The notes under the pieces are model-generated. The model searched no databases. It was given only the letters and a program-made list of their open reading frames with translations, and was not told the origin of the DNA. A program made the translations under genes and the position numbers. A DNA stretch of 64,000 nucleotides from Spirochaetia bacterium (GTDB taxonomy: Bacteria > Spirochaetota > Spirochaetia > DSM-2461): NCBI GenBank assembly GCA_963668315.1, contig OY764216.1, positions 4,192,001 to 4,256,000 on the forward strand, given 5' to 3'. How positions within the stretch are numbered: the first letter of the stretch is position 1; every line of letters starts with the position of its first letter. Below are positions 1 to 8,816 of this stretch, in pieces.

Positions 1-341
1 CGACAAACAACCGGGGCTTCTATCAGATCTCCCGGGTGATCAATAAAATCCATGAGCAGTACTCCCAGCCCATAGAAATCCAGGCTCTGGCGAGAGAGAC
101 CGGTATGAGTTCCACCGCGTTCCACGCCACCTTCAAAGCCATGACCAGCACGTCTCCCCTGCAGTATATCAAGAACGTAAGACTGCATAAGGCCAAGGAG
201 CTTCTCCAGAACGAAGGAGAGAAGGCCAATACCGCGGCCATGCGGGTGGGATATGAAAGTTCCTCCCAGTTCAGCAGGGAATATAAGCGATGTTTCGGGG
301 TCACTCCCGCCAAGGACAGACAGCAGGTATCCGCCTACTGA
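1..341 (+). CDS. AraC-family transcriptional regulator, C-terminal HTH part (5'-truncated by window)
   Basis: Frame open from position 3; AraC signature 'LARETGMS..FHATFK..TSTSPLQYIKNVRLHKAKELL...AAMRVGYESSSQFSREYKRCFGVTP'. Confidence 0.9.
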   Translation, partial: TNNRGFYQISRVINKIHEQYSQPIEIQALARETGMSSTAFHATFKAMTSTSPLQYIKNVRLHKAKELLQNEGEKANTAAMRVGYESSSQFSREYKRCFGVTPAKDRQQVSAY

Positions 342-367
342 CGCCCTGATATCCGGTTGATAAAGAA

Positions 368-409
368 CCCTCCGGAAGGTCATCTTCCGGAGGGCCGGTT
401 TTTGGTTTT
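368..409 (+). terminator. Rho-independent terminator hairpin between convergent genes
   Basis: CCCTCCGGAAG-GTCAT-CTTCCGGAGGG (368-394) followed by T-rich tract. Confidence 0.7.
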
Positions 410-448
410 GGGACCGGCAGCCGCCGGCAAAGAGCTTATCTGCTCCGA

Positions 449-2305
449 TTACTCCTGGACTGCATTCTGACCGGCGATACGGCCGTACACGATAATATCG
501 GTAATGGCGTTACCGCCGAGACGGTTGGTTCCGTGAACTCCGCCGGTGACTTCACCCGCCGCATAAAGACCGGGAATGGCATGGCCATCGGTATCGATGA
601 CCTGCGCCCTGTTATTAATCTTAACACCGCCCATGGTGTGGTGGACAAAGGGATGGGTCCAGGTGGCATGAATCGTATCCGCCGTCACATCAAAGTACTC
701 ACCGTAAATGGAACGTCCGAATTTATCATCGGCCTTTTCCCTGCCCTCGTTGTACTCGTTAATGGCCTTTTCCAGATTTTCCGCCGGAACTCCCATGTTC
801 GCGGCCAGCTCGGCCACGGTGCTTCCCTTGTAGGAGTTGGGGCTGTCCTTGAACTTCTCAAAGAGTACCGGGGTCAGCTTGTCATTGGTGGCGGGGTTAT
901 AGAGCATGAACATACCCTTCTTTTCCTGCTCCAGCTCGGCTGCGGAAACCTCATCCCGCCTTCCGTCCTCCTTGACGAAGCGGTTGCCGTCCTGATTAAC
1001 CATGATCACGTTCTCAATATTTCCGATATAGATGGAAGACGTTTTGGAGTAATAAATGGGAATCAGCTGTATCCACTCCATACCCGTCGTATCGGCGCCG
1101 ATAGCCTCTGCCATAACAATTCCGTCTCCCGTGGCACCGGGGTGATTGGTCGTTTCAATAGAAGCATCCAGGGTCGGCCAGAACTTGTTGTAATGCTGAC
1201 GCATCTCGACATTGGCGCCGAAACCGCCGGAAGTAAGGACAACCGCTTTATTGGCCTTGTATTCGAAGGGAACTCCTTCCGCAGTGGTCCCTCTGACGCC
1301 GGTGACCTTTCCCCCCTCACGGATGATTTCCTCAACCTTTGAATCGACCACAATCTCTCCCCCGTTGGCCTCAACGTAATTCCTCTGGGGATAGAGGAAC
1401 TCCGTTCCCTGGTCTCCGGGAACCTTGTTGGCTCTGACCCAGACCGTACCGATCATGGCCACGACCTGGTCAGTCCAGTTCGTGCCGAGTTCTTCCAAAA
1501 AATGGAATGCTTCCACCGTATGGTCTCCGTAAGTATCTATGATTTCGGGGTCTCCCACATAGTCGCCGCCGTCATACGTATGGATCTTATGAAGGGAAGG
1601 ACTGTCGAAAAGATAATCCGCTCCGGAAGCCTTATAATCGTCAAACTCCTTCCTGAGGGTCTCCTGCCACTTTTCCATAAGAGGATCTCTGGGCTCCAGG
1701 GCGATAGCTTCCTCCACGCGCTTCATCTCCGATTCGCTCATTTTGTACTGGTGCTGCCTCTCCGGAACGGGAGCATTCATGGCACTTCCCGCTCTGATGG
1801 TATTTCCTCCGATAAAGGGCATTTTTTCCACCACCAGAACGGAACTGTCCGCCTTGAGGACCTCAACAGCGGCACTCAGACCGGCACCGCCGGCACCTAC
1901 GACAATGACATCATAGGTTCCGGAAAGGGAAGAAACACTCTCCTTCTCTGTCTGAGTCAGAGACGCCTTTGCCAGGGCGGCGGCAGTGGCTTTCATGATA
2001 GCGCCGCTGGTCATGGAGGCACCCGAAACCCCATCCACATCGGTACCCTGGCTCTCTACGATCCGCTGGGGAACCTTCTCAATAGCCGGGTCGCTCAATC
2101 CGGGAGTTTCCGAATGGCCGGTAACGGCAACGGCTTTGATCTCATCGGCCGAAACCTTGACTTCTACGGTTAATGTCCCCCCGTTTCCCTGTGCTTCCCC
2201 CGTATAGGTTCCCGCTTTGTAGATCCCTTCGCTCTTGCCGCAGGAAAACAGCACGATTCCTGTCAGCAGAAGCAGAGTAAATAGTCTTGAAACTGATTTT
2301 TTCAT
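449..2305 (-). CDS. Flavocytochrome c / fumarate-urocanate reductase family lipoprotein with N-terminal FMN-binding (flavinylation) domain
   Basis: Lipobox 'VLFSC'; FMN_bind motif 'VDGVSGASMTS'; FAD-binding 'DVIVVGAGGAG'; 'HHTMGG' and 'GVHGTNRLGGNA'. Confidence 0.9.
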   Translation of the reverse strand: MKKSVSRLFTLLLLTGIVLFSCGKSEGIYKAGTYTGEAQGNGGTLTVEVKVSADEIKAVAVTGHSETPGLSDPAIEKVPQRIVESQGTDVDGVSGASMTSGAIMKATAAALAKASLTQTEKESVSSLSGTYDVIVVGAGGAGLSAAVEVLKADSSVLVVEKMPFIGGNTIRAGSAMNAPVPERQHQYKMSESEMKRVEEAIALEPRDPLMEKWQETLRKEFDDYKASGADYLFDSPSLHKIHTYDGGDYVGDPEIIDTYGDHTVEAFHFLEELGTNWTDQVVAMIGTVWVRANKVPGDQGTEFLYPQRNYVEANGGEIVVDSKVEEIIREGGKVTGVRGTTAEGVPFEYKANKAVVLTSGGFGANVEMRQHYNKFWPTLDASIETTNHPGATGDGIVMAEAIGADTTGMEWIQLIPIYYSKTSSIYIGNIENVIMVNQDGNRFVKEDGRRDEVSAAELEQEKKGMFMLYNPATNDKLTPVLFEKFKDSPNSYKGSTVAELAANMGVPAENLEKAINEYNEGREKADDKFGRSIYGEYFDVTADTIHATWTHPFVHHTMGGVKINNRAQVIDTDGHAIPGLYAAGEVTGGVHGTNRLGGNAITDIIVYGRIAGQNAVQE

Positions 2306-2323
2306 CTCTCCATCCTTGATGAT

Positions 2324-2382
2324 ATTATTTCGTCATACATGTATGACGAAATAATCATAAGGGGAGTTTTCTAATAAGTCAA
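2324..2382 (-). promoter_or_regulatory. Sigma70-type promoter with overlapping 32-bp perfect palindrome (probable TetR operator)
   Basis: Minus strand TTGACT(2382-2377)-17 nt-TATGAT(2359-2354); palindrome ATTATTTCGTCATACATGTATGACGAAATAAT at 2324-2355. Confidence 0.75.
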
Positions 2383-2405
2383 GCTTTATCGATATTTAAT
2401 TATTT

Positions 2406-2987
2406 TTATAAAAAGAGGGAATCAATCCACCGGTAGATTTCTCTTTCCGTCTCCTCGCTGGGAAGGGAACGCCCCGAGGTATGGCAGAACCTGATGCGGA
2501 CTCCGAGAAAGAGAACCTGAAAAAATTCATAGATATTCTCTTCCGTTCTGTCGGCGGAGATTTCCCCGGAGGCGATACCGGACTCGATGATTTTCACCAG
2601 GATCTTTTGAGCGCTGTTCTGCTCCAGTTTTCCCCTGGCGCTTAATGAAAGGAGAGTACTTTCGAAGGAAAGGAGCATATTGATAAGCCGTGTCTGCACA
2701 TAGTGGATATATTCGTTCGTATACAGTTTCAAAGCGTCCCGGCAGGGAAGATTTTTCAATTTCCCCTCATACAGATCAATGAAATATGTATCAAAACGTT
2801 TCTGCCTGTCCAGAATCAGATCATCCTTGGATTTGAAATAGTGATAGAACGTTCCGTGATTGATCCCGGCCTTCTGGCATACCCCCCTGATAGTCAGCTT
2901 GTCATAACCGTCGGCTGTCACGATTTCATCAACCGAAGCCCTGATGGCCTCCAGAGTACGTTTATACTGTCTTTCTCTCTGATTCAT
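2406..2987 (-). CDS. TetR/AcrR-family transcriptional regulator
   Basis: N-terminal HTH 'GYDKLTIRGVCQKAGINHGTFYHYFKSKDDL'. Confidence 0.92.
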   Translation of the reverse strand: MNQRERQYKRTLEAIRASVDEIVTADGYDKLTIRGVCQKAGINHGTFYHYFKSKDDLILDRQKRFDTYFIDLYEGKLKNLPCRDALKLYTNEYIHYVQTRLINMLLSFESTLLSLSARGKLEQNSAQKILVKIIESGIASGEISADRTEENIYEFFQVLFLGVRIRFCHTSGRSLPSEETEREIYRWIDSLFL

Positions 2988-3079
2988 AGAACAAACTATA
3001 TATAATTAGGGTATTTTTTACTACAACGAAACCAAAGTTTTCCCTTGTCTTTCCCCTCTTCATCTGCTAATTTAATCCT

Positions 3080-4951
3080 ATGCAGATAAATAAGGTGAAT
3101 GAAAAGAAAGGTCTCAATTACGGCGTGATTGGAAACGGCACATCGGCCGCACTTATATCCCACAGGGGCAGTATCGACTTTGCCTGCCTTCCCTATTTCG
3201 ATTCCCCCACCCTGTTCGGCCGGCTTCTTGATGATGAGAGAGGGGGCAGTTTCTCCATTGAAACCGACTCTTCCTATTCTGTCAGTCAGCAGTATATACG
3301 CAATACCAATATTCTTCTGACCCGGTTCCGCTCCGACGAGGGCGCTTTCAATGTGATCGATTTCATGCCCCGCTTCAAACGGGGCGACTCCAGTTACTAC
3401 TGCCCTTCCGAAATTGTCCGCCTCATCAAGTATAAGGGGGGCTCTCCCCGTTTCCGCCTCCGTTACAATCCCCGTCCCGTCTATGCAGAGCACGAGGTCC
3501 AGACCGAAACTCATGAGAAATATATCAAGAGTTTTACTTCCCGGGGACGCTACGAATCCTTCTATCTCTATACCGATCTCTCCTTTGGAGACCTTCTCGA
3601 AAGCAGAGAAATTACCCTGCGCCAAGACTGCTTCTGCCTGATAAGCTACAATCAGAAACTCCTGGAAGTGAACATGGACTCGGTCTATCTGGAATACTAC
3701 CAGACCAAAGTCTACTGGCTGGAATGGGCCCAGAGAACGGTCAGCTTTGAAAAATACAACGATCAGATTCTGCGGAGCGCCCTGGTTCTCAAACTGCTGA
3801 CTTTCCAGAAAACCGGCTCCATCATCGCCGCCGTGACCACCGGTCTTCCCGAAACCGCCGGGGAGGAAAGGAACTGGGACTACCGCTTCTGCTGGATTCG
3901 AGACTCCTCCATGATAATACAGATTCTTTTCCAGCTCCGTCATTACCGTGTGGCGAAAAACTTCCTCCGCTTTATTCTCGACGTCATCTCCTACAAGGAC
4001 GAGAAGATGCAGATCATGTACGGTATCCGGGGGGAGAAGATCCTGACAGAGGGCTCCCTCGATTGGCTCAAGGGCTATAAGGACAGCCGCCCCGTCAGAG
4101 TGGGAAACGGCGCCTATATTCAAAAGCAGAACGATATCTACGGGGTTCTTCTCGATGTCATCTACCGGAACTTCCAGTATTTCGGAACCGACGTGGAAAA
4201 TGCCGAAGATCTCTGGACGACAACCAGAAGCCTTGTTAAAAATGTCTCGGAAAACTGGCGCGACGCTGATATGGGCATCTGGGAATTCCGGTCGCAGAAA
4301 CGTCACTTTGTTTTTTCCAAAATGCTCTGCTGGGTTGCGCTGGACCGGGGCAGTAAAATCGCCGGGATCCTGGGTCAGGAGAGCTACCGTGAAAAATGGA
4401 GCGCCCTGGCCGATGAAATATCCCGGGATATTCACGAGAACGGCTGGAACGAAGAGAAAGGGGCCTTTACCCAGAGTTATGAGAATGATGCCCTCGACGC
4501 GGCGAATCTTCTCATGGCACCCTACGGTTTTATCGATCCGACGGACCCCAAATACGTCAGCACCGTCCGGCAGACGGAAAAAGAACTCTGCCGGGACGGT
4601 CTCATGTACCGGTATATCAATGTGGACGATTTCGGGCTTCCGAAAAGCTCCTTCACCGTTTGTACTTTCTGGCTGATTAAAGCTCTCTATCAGATTGGAG
4701 AGCGGAAGAAAGCGGTGGAATATTTTGACAATCTTCTCTCAGAATCCAACCATCTGGGACTATTTTCCGAAGATCTGGACTTCGAAAGCCGGGAGCTTCT
4801 GGGCAATTTTCCCCAGGGCTATTCCCACCTGGCACTTATCGATACGGCGATAACCCTCATGGAAGGGGCGGTTGAACCGGAGGAGCTTATGATAGACATG
4901 CTGGAAAACCTGCAGACCACCGGCGACCTGCTTCAGGAAAGGGAGGAATGA
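3080..4951 (+). CDS. Glycoside hydrolase family 15 (trehalase/glucoamylase-like)
   Basis: 'YGVIGNG.SAAL', 'RNWDYRFCWIRDS', 'GIWEFR', 'LGLFSED...LGNFPQGYSHLALI'. Confidence 0.92.
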   Translation: MQINKVNEKKGLNYGVIGNGTSAALISHRGSIDFACLPYFDSPTLFGRLLDDERGGSFSIETDSSYSVSQQYIRNTNILLTRFRSDEGAFNVIDFMPRFKRGDSSYYCPSEIVRLIKYKGGSPRFRLRYNPRPVYAEHEVQTETHEKYIKSFTSRGRYESFYLYTDLSFGDLLESREITLRQDCFCLISYNQKLLEVNMDSVYLEYYQTKVYWLEWAQRTVSFEKYNDQILRSALVLKLLTFQKTGSIIAAVTTGLPETAGEERNWDYRFCWIRDSSMIIQILFQLRHYRVAKNFLRFILDVISYKDEKMQIMYGIRGEKILTEGSLDWLKGYKDSRPVRVGNGAYIQKQNDIYGVLLDVIYRNFQYFGTDVENAEDLWTTTRSLVKNVSENWRDADMGIWEFRSQKRHFVFSKMLCWVALDRGSKIAGILGQESYREKWSALADEISRDIHENGWNEEKGAFTQSYENDALDAANLLMAPYGFIDPTDPKYVSTVRQTEKELCRDGLMYRYINVDDFGLPKSSFTVCTFWLIKALYQIGERKKAVEYFDNLLSESNHLGLFSEDLDFESRELLGNFPQGYSHLALIDTAITLMEGAVEPEELMIDMLENLQTTGDLLQEREE

Positions 4952-4961
4952 GTCATCCGGA

Positions 4962-7217
4962 TCAAAGGGTCAGATCGTAACGCCTTTCGAAATCATCCCG
5001 GTATTTCTCCATTTCAGATATTCTCCGAAGGGAGAGCATATCCCTGGCTATCCCCTCGGTCTCCTCTATATCAAACTGGTTGATGAGGGCCTTGACCCCC
5101 TCAACGGCGGTCGGGGGAACGCTCAGCTTCCTTATTCCCAGGCCAACGAGAAAGAGGATGAGAAGCGAATCGGTAGCAATATCCCCGCACACGGAAAGCT
5201 CTTTTCCCGCGGTTGCGGCCCCGCGGACGATCTCCGAGAGAACCCGGAGGACGGTGGGGTGATAACTCCTGTAAAGGTGGCTCAGATTATCGTTCGTCCT
5301 GTCAACGGCCAGAAGATACATGGTAAGGTCATTGGAACCGATGGAGAGAAAATCCACTTCCTCCGCCAGATCGGCAATAGAAACGGCGGCGGAGGGTAGC
5401 TCGACCATGGCGCCGATTTTGGGATGGTCGTTAAATTCCACACCCCGGGCCTTCAATTCCCGGCGGCAGATATCAATCTCTTCCTTCGCCATAACAATCT
5501 CTTCCGCGTCGGTGACCATGGGAAACAGAATGCGCAGGTCCGCCCCGTACCCGGCACGGAGCATAGCCCTGAGCTGATCATGGAAAAGTTCCTTATGGGA
5601 GAGGGAAAAACGGATCCCCCGCACACCCAGGAAAGGATTGGACTCCTTCTCCTGCCTGCCCTGCATCAGTTTATCACCCCCGATGTCGGCGGTTCTCATA
5701 ATTACGGGCTTACCCTGCTGACTCTGGACGATGGACGAGTAGATCTTGTACTGCTGCTCTTCGGATAGGAAATCATTCTTGATAATAAAGGGGAACTCGC
5801 TTCGATACAGACCGATTCCTTCGGCCCCCTGCTCCACCGCATCACGGGCATCCTTGAGAATATTGACATTGGCCATGACGTTTACGGCGGTTCCGTCGGC
5901 CGTACTCCCCTTGATGGTGAAGGACGACCGGTTCTTTTGCCGGAATCTCTCTTCCCGTATGGCATTGCGGGTAATCTCCTCCGGATCGATATAAAGCTTT
6001 CCCCCGTCACCGTCAAGCAGAAGGGGGGTGCCTTCTTCAATGGTGAGGAGGGCTTCGTCATCGGTGATCAGAACGGGCAGGCTCAGTGACTGGGCCAGAA
6101 TGGAGATATGGGCCGTAACCGAAGCGCCCCTCAGAACAATACCGGAAACTCCTTCCACAAAAAGGCGGTAGAGATCGGAGGGATAAATATGCCGGGAAAT
6201 GGCGATATGGTTCTCATAGGAGAAACCCTCCTCCCGGGAATTGCCCATATTCGTGAGAAGCCTGAAGCCCAGGTCCCTGACATCCTGCGCCTTTTCTGCC
6301 AGTCGGGCCTCACTCATGGAGGCAAATAGATCGGCATACTCCTTAACCACGGCTCGTATGGCCTGTGAGGCGGATTGACCTGTCTCTATCAGTTCGGCCA
6401 TCTTGCCCGTGAAGTTCTCATCCTTGAGCATCAGGAGCTGGGCGGTAAAAATCAAAGTGACCATCTCTTCATCGGTCTTGGAAATCGATTCGGAATACCG
6501 GTTCAGCTGAGCCTGGGTACAGTTCAGGGCGGAATGAAATTTCTCCAGCTCTTCCTCAACAGTCCCGGCCGGTTCCAGATCTTCCGAAGCCCTTTCCATA
6601 TCCGACCAGATTGGCAGGGCAATCCCTTCCACCAGGCCGTGGGAAGTACGGATGCCTTTAATGACTTTTGGAATGGGCAGCAAGGCCCCCTGATCGGTCC
6701 GGTTCTTCCTTTCAATAAGTATGGAGGCATCGGCCATCATATCCCCGAAAAGGGATACGGCCTTTTTCAGATCGGTCATATCCTCCGATCGGTAGGCATC
6801 CTTATTTCGGTGGACCATTATAAAGAGACCGATTTTTTCTGGTCCCCGGGTGATGGGCACAATGACCTTGGAATAAAAGGGAGACGTGTCGCTGACACGG
6901 TCATAGGAGATGATCTTTATAAGACCCGTTGTAAAGGCCAGACCCGTTTCTTCACTTTCCAGTGAGAAACTTTCGGGAGGAACTTCAACCTCAAAGCGGG
7001 AATGACTCCACAAATCCCCCTTGTCAAAACCGACACGGAATACCAGCTCCTTAATTTTGTCATTATACAGGTAGGCGGCGCCCTGGGAGGACCCGTTTTT
7101 TTCCATCATCAAAGACAGAGCTTCCTGTAAAAGACTATCTGCTTCCTCCGAAGTCTCAAAGAGAGACATCTTGTCCAGCAGTTTCGCGAGCAGATCGGTA
7201 TATGTCGACTTTTCCAT
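4962..7217 (-). CDS. ptsP: Phosphoenolpyruvate-protein phosphotransferase with N-terminal GAF domain (EI-Ntr-like)
   Basis: GAF-like N-terminus; phospho-His motif 'GASVTAHISILA'; 'GAEGIGLYRSEF', 'ESNPFLGVRGIR', 'DFLSIGSNDL', 'SVCGD'. Start moved to ATG (MEKS) 6 nt after a -10 box. Confidence 0.9.
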   Translation of the reverse strand: MEKSTYTDLLAKLLDKMSLFETSEEADSLLQEALSLMMEKNGSSQGAAYLYNDKIKELVFRVGFDKGDLWSHSRFEVEVPPESFSLESEETGLAFTTGLIKIISYDRVSDTSPFYSKVIVPITRGPEKIGLFIMVHRNKDAYRSEDMTDLKKAVSLFGDMMADASILIERKNRTDQGALLPIPKVIKGIRTSHGLVEGIALPIWSDMERASEDLEPAGTVEEELEKFHSALNCTQAQLNRYSESISKTDEEMVTLIFTAQLLMLKDENFTGKMAELIETGQSASQAIRAVVKEYADLFASMSEARLAEKAQDVRDLGFRLLTNMGNSREEGFSYENHIAISRHIYPSDLYRLFVEGVSGIVLRGASVTAHISILAQSLSLPVLITDDEALLTIEEGTPLLLDGDGGKLYIDPEEITRNAIREERFRQKNRSSFTIKGSTADGTAVNVMANVNILKDARDAVEQGAEGIGLYRSEFPFIIKNDFLSEEQQYKIYSSIVQSQQGKPVIMRTADIGGDKLMQGRQEKESNPFLGVRGIRFSLSHKELFHDQLRAMLRAGYGADLRILFPMVTDAEEIVMAKEEIDICRRELKARGVEFNDHPKIGAMVELPSAAVSIADLAEEVDFLSIGSNDLTMYLLAVDRTNDNLSHLYRSYHPTVLRVLSEIVRGAATAGKELSVCGDIATDSLLILFLVGLGIRKLSVPPTAVEGVKALINQFDIEETEGIARDMLSLRRISEMEKYRDDFERRYDLTL

Positions 7218-7273
7218 AATTACAAAATACAAAGAGAAGGAAGGTTAGTCTATATTTTTTTTGAAAAGGCCAC

Positions 7274-7302
7274 AAAAAAACCGGCAGTTGAACCTGCCGG
7301 TT
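7274..7302 (-). terminator. Rho-independent terminator of liv operon
   Basis: AACCGGCAG/CTGCCGGTT stem with A7 tract on + strand (U-tract on -) just downstream of livF. Confidence 0.8.
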
Positions 7303-7326
7303 GGTAATTCTCCTCAGAAGGGAATA

Positions 7327-8034
7327 CTAAATTCCCAGATAAGCCGCTTTAACCTCTTCATTGGCCATGAGCTTATCGGCATCATCGGTCATGGTGACGG
7401 CGCCGTTCTGAAGGACATATCCCCTGTGGGCAATTTTCAGCGCCATGTTGGCATTCTGTTCCACCAGGAATACGGTCGTCTTGTTCTCTTTATTGATCTT
7501 TTCAATAATCTCAAAGATCTGCTTTACAATGAGGGGAGCCAGTCCCAGGGAAGGCTCATCGAGAAGCAGAAGTCTCGGTTTTGCCATCAGAGCCCGCGAA
7601 ATGGCCAGCATCTGCTGTTCACCGCCGGAAAGGGTCCCTCCCTGCTGGGTTCTTCTCTCGGCAAGACGGGGAAAAAGCTCAAAGATATACTCCATATCCC
7701 GGGAGATTCCCTCCTTGTCATTTCTGAGAAAGGCGCCCATATCCAGGTTCTCCGCCACGGTCAGCTTGGGGAAGATTCTTCTTCCCTCGGGAACCTGGGA
7801 TATACCCAGGGAAACAATCTTATCGGGAGCGGTTTCGGTAATATCCTCACCCTCAAAGATGACTCTGCCCGAGCGGGGCTGCTCAATGCCGCAGATGGAC
7901 ATCAGGGTTGTGGTTTTCCCCGCGCCGTTCGCACCGATCAGGGTGATGATCTCCCCCTCTTTTACTTCCAGCGAGAGATCTTTCAAGGCCTGTATATTAC
8001 CGTAATAGGTATTTATATTTTCCAGTTTTAACAT
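7327..8034 (-). CDS. livF: Branched-chain amino acid ABC transporter ATPase
   Basis: 'GANGAGKTT', 'QVPEGRRIF', 'LSGGEQQMLAI', 'LDEPSLGLAP'. Confidence 0.95.
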   Translation of the reverse strand: MLKLENINTYYGNIQALKDLSLEVKEGEIITLIGANGAGKTTTLMSICGIEQPRSGRVIFEGEDITETAPDKIVSLGISQVPEGRRIFPKLTVAENLDMGAFLRNDKEGISRDMEYIFELFPRLAERRTQQGGTLSGGEQQMLAISRALMAKPRLLLLDEPSLGLAPLIVKQIFEIIEKINKENKTTVFLVEQNANMALKIAHRGYVLQNGAVTMTDDADKLMANEEVKAAYLGI

Positions 8035-8036
8035 TT

Positions 8037-8816
8037 CTACTCTCCCAGGTAAGCCTTGATTACATCCGGATTAGCCTTGATCTGCTCCGGGGAACCTTCG
8101 GCGATAAGCTGCCCGTAATCCACCACATAGATCCTTTCAGAAAGGGTCATGACCAGGCTCATGTCGTGCTCAATCAGAAGCACGGTGATATTCTCCTCCT
8201 CGCGGATGAAGTTTATCGTATCGACAAGGGCCCTCGTTTCCTGGGGATTCATACCGGCTGCCGGCTCGTCCAGAAGCAGGAGGAAAGGATCGGTAGCCAT
8301 GGCGCGGGCGATTTCCAGACGGCGCTGGGCACCGTAGGGAAGATTCTGTGCCTGCTCGTTGATGAACTTTTCCAGACCGATCTTTTTCAGAATCTCATGG
8401 CTATCGTAAATAACCTTCTCTTCCTCTTCCTTGGTGGTTTTCACCCGGAAGATAGAACCCAGAATGGAGGAATTGAGGGCGTTGTGCCGCCCTATCATGA
8501 CATTCTCCAGTACGGTCATGGTACTGAAAAGACGTATATTCTGGAAAGTTCTGGCCAGTCCCATGTTATTAATGCGGTTCGGCTTGAGACCGTTGATTTT
8601 CTTCTGGTCTTCATCGCCCGGCCTCTGGATCAGGATCTCCCCTTCCGAAGGCGTATAAACACCGGTGATGCAGTTGAAGAAAGTGGTCTTCCCGGCCCCG
8701 TTGGGACCGATAAGGGCGACAATTTCTCCCTTGTTTATATGGAGGTTCACCTTGTCCACAGCCCGGAGTCCGCCGAAGACCATGCTCATGTCTTTTACAT
8801 CCAGTATCGGTTTCAT
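8037..8816 (-). CDS. livG: Branched-chain amino acid ABC transporter ATPase
   Basis: 'GPNGAGKTT', 'RTFQNIRLF', 'LPYGAQRRLEIARA', 'LDEPAAGMN'. Confidence 0.95.
   Translation of the reverse strand: MKPILDVKDMSMVFGGLRAVDKVNLHINKGEIVALIGPNGAGKTTFFNCITGVYTPSEGEILIQRPGDEDQKKINGLKPNRINNMGLARTFQNIRLFSTMTVLENVMIGRHNALNSSILGSIFRVKTTKEEEEKVIYDSHEILKKIGLEKFINEQAQNLPYGAQRRLEIARAMATDPFLLLLDEPAAGMNPQETRALVDTINFIREEENITVLLIEHDMSLVMTLSERIYVVDYGQLIAEGSPEQIKANPDVIKAYLGE

Noticed and set aside
2996..4435. Long antisense ORFs (e.g. 2996-4435, 17258-18562, 19515-20999, 26700-28025, 38160-39743, 39842-41605)
   Set aside because: They lie opposite well-supported genes and have no recognisable motifs. They are shadow ORFs expected from GC-rich codon bias.
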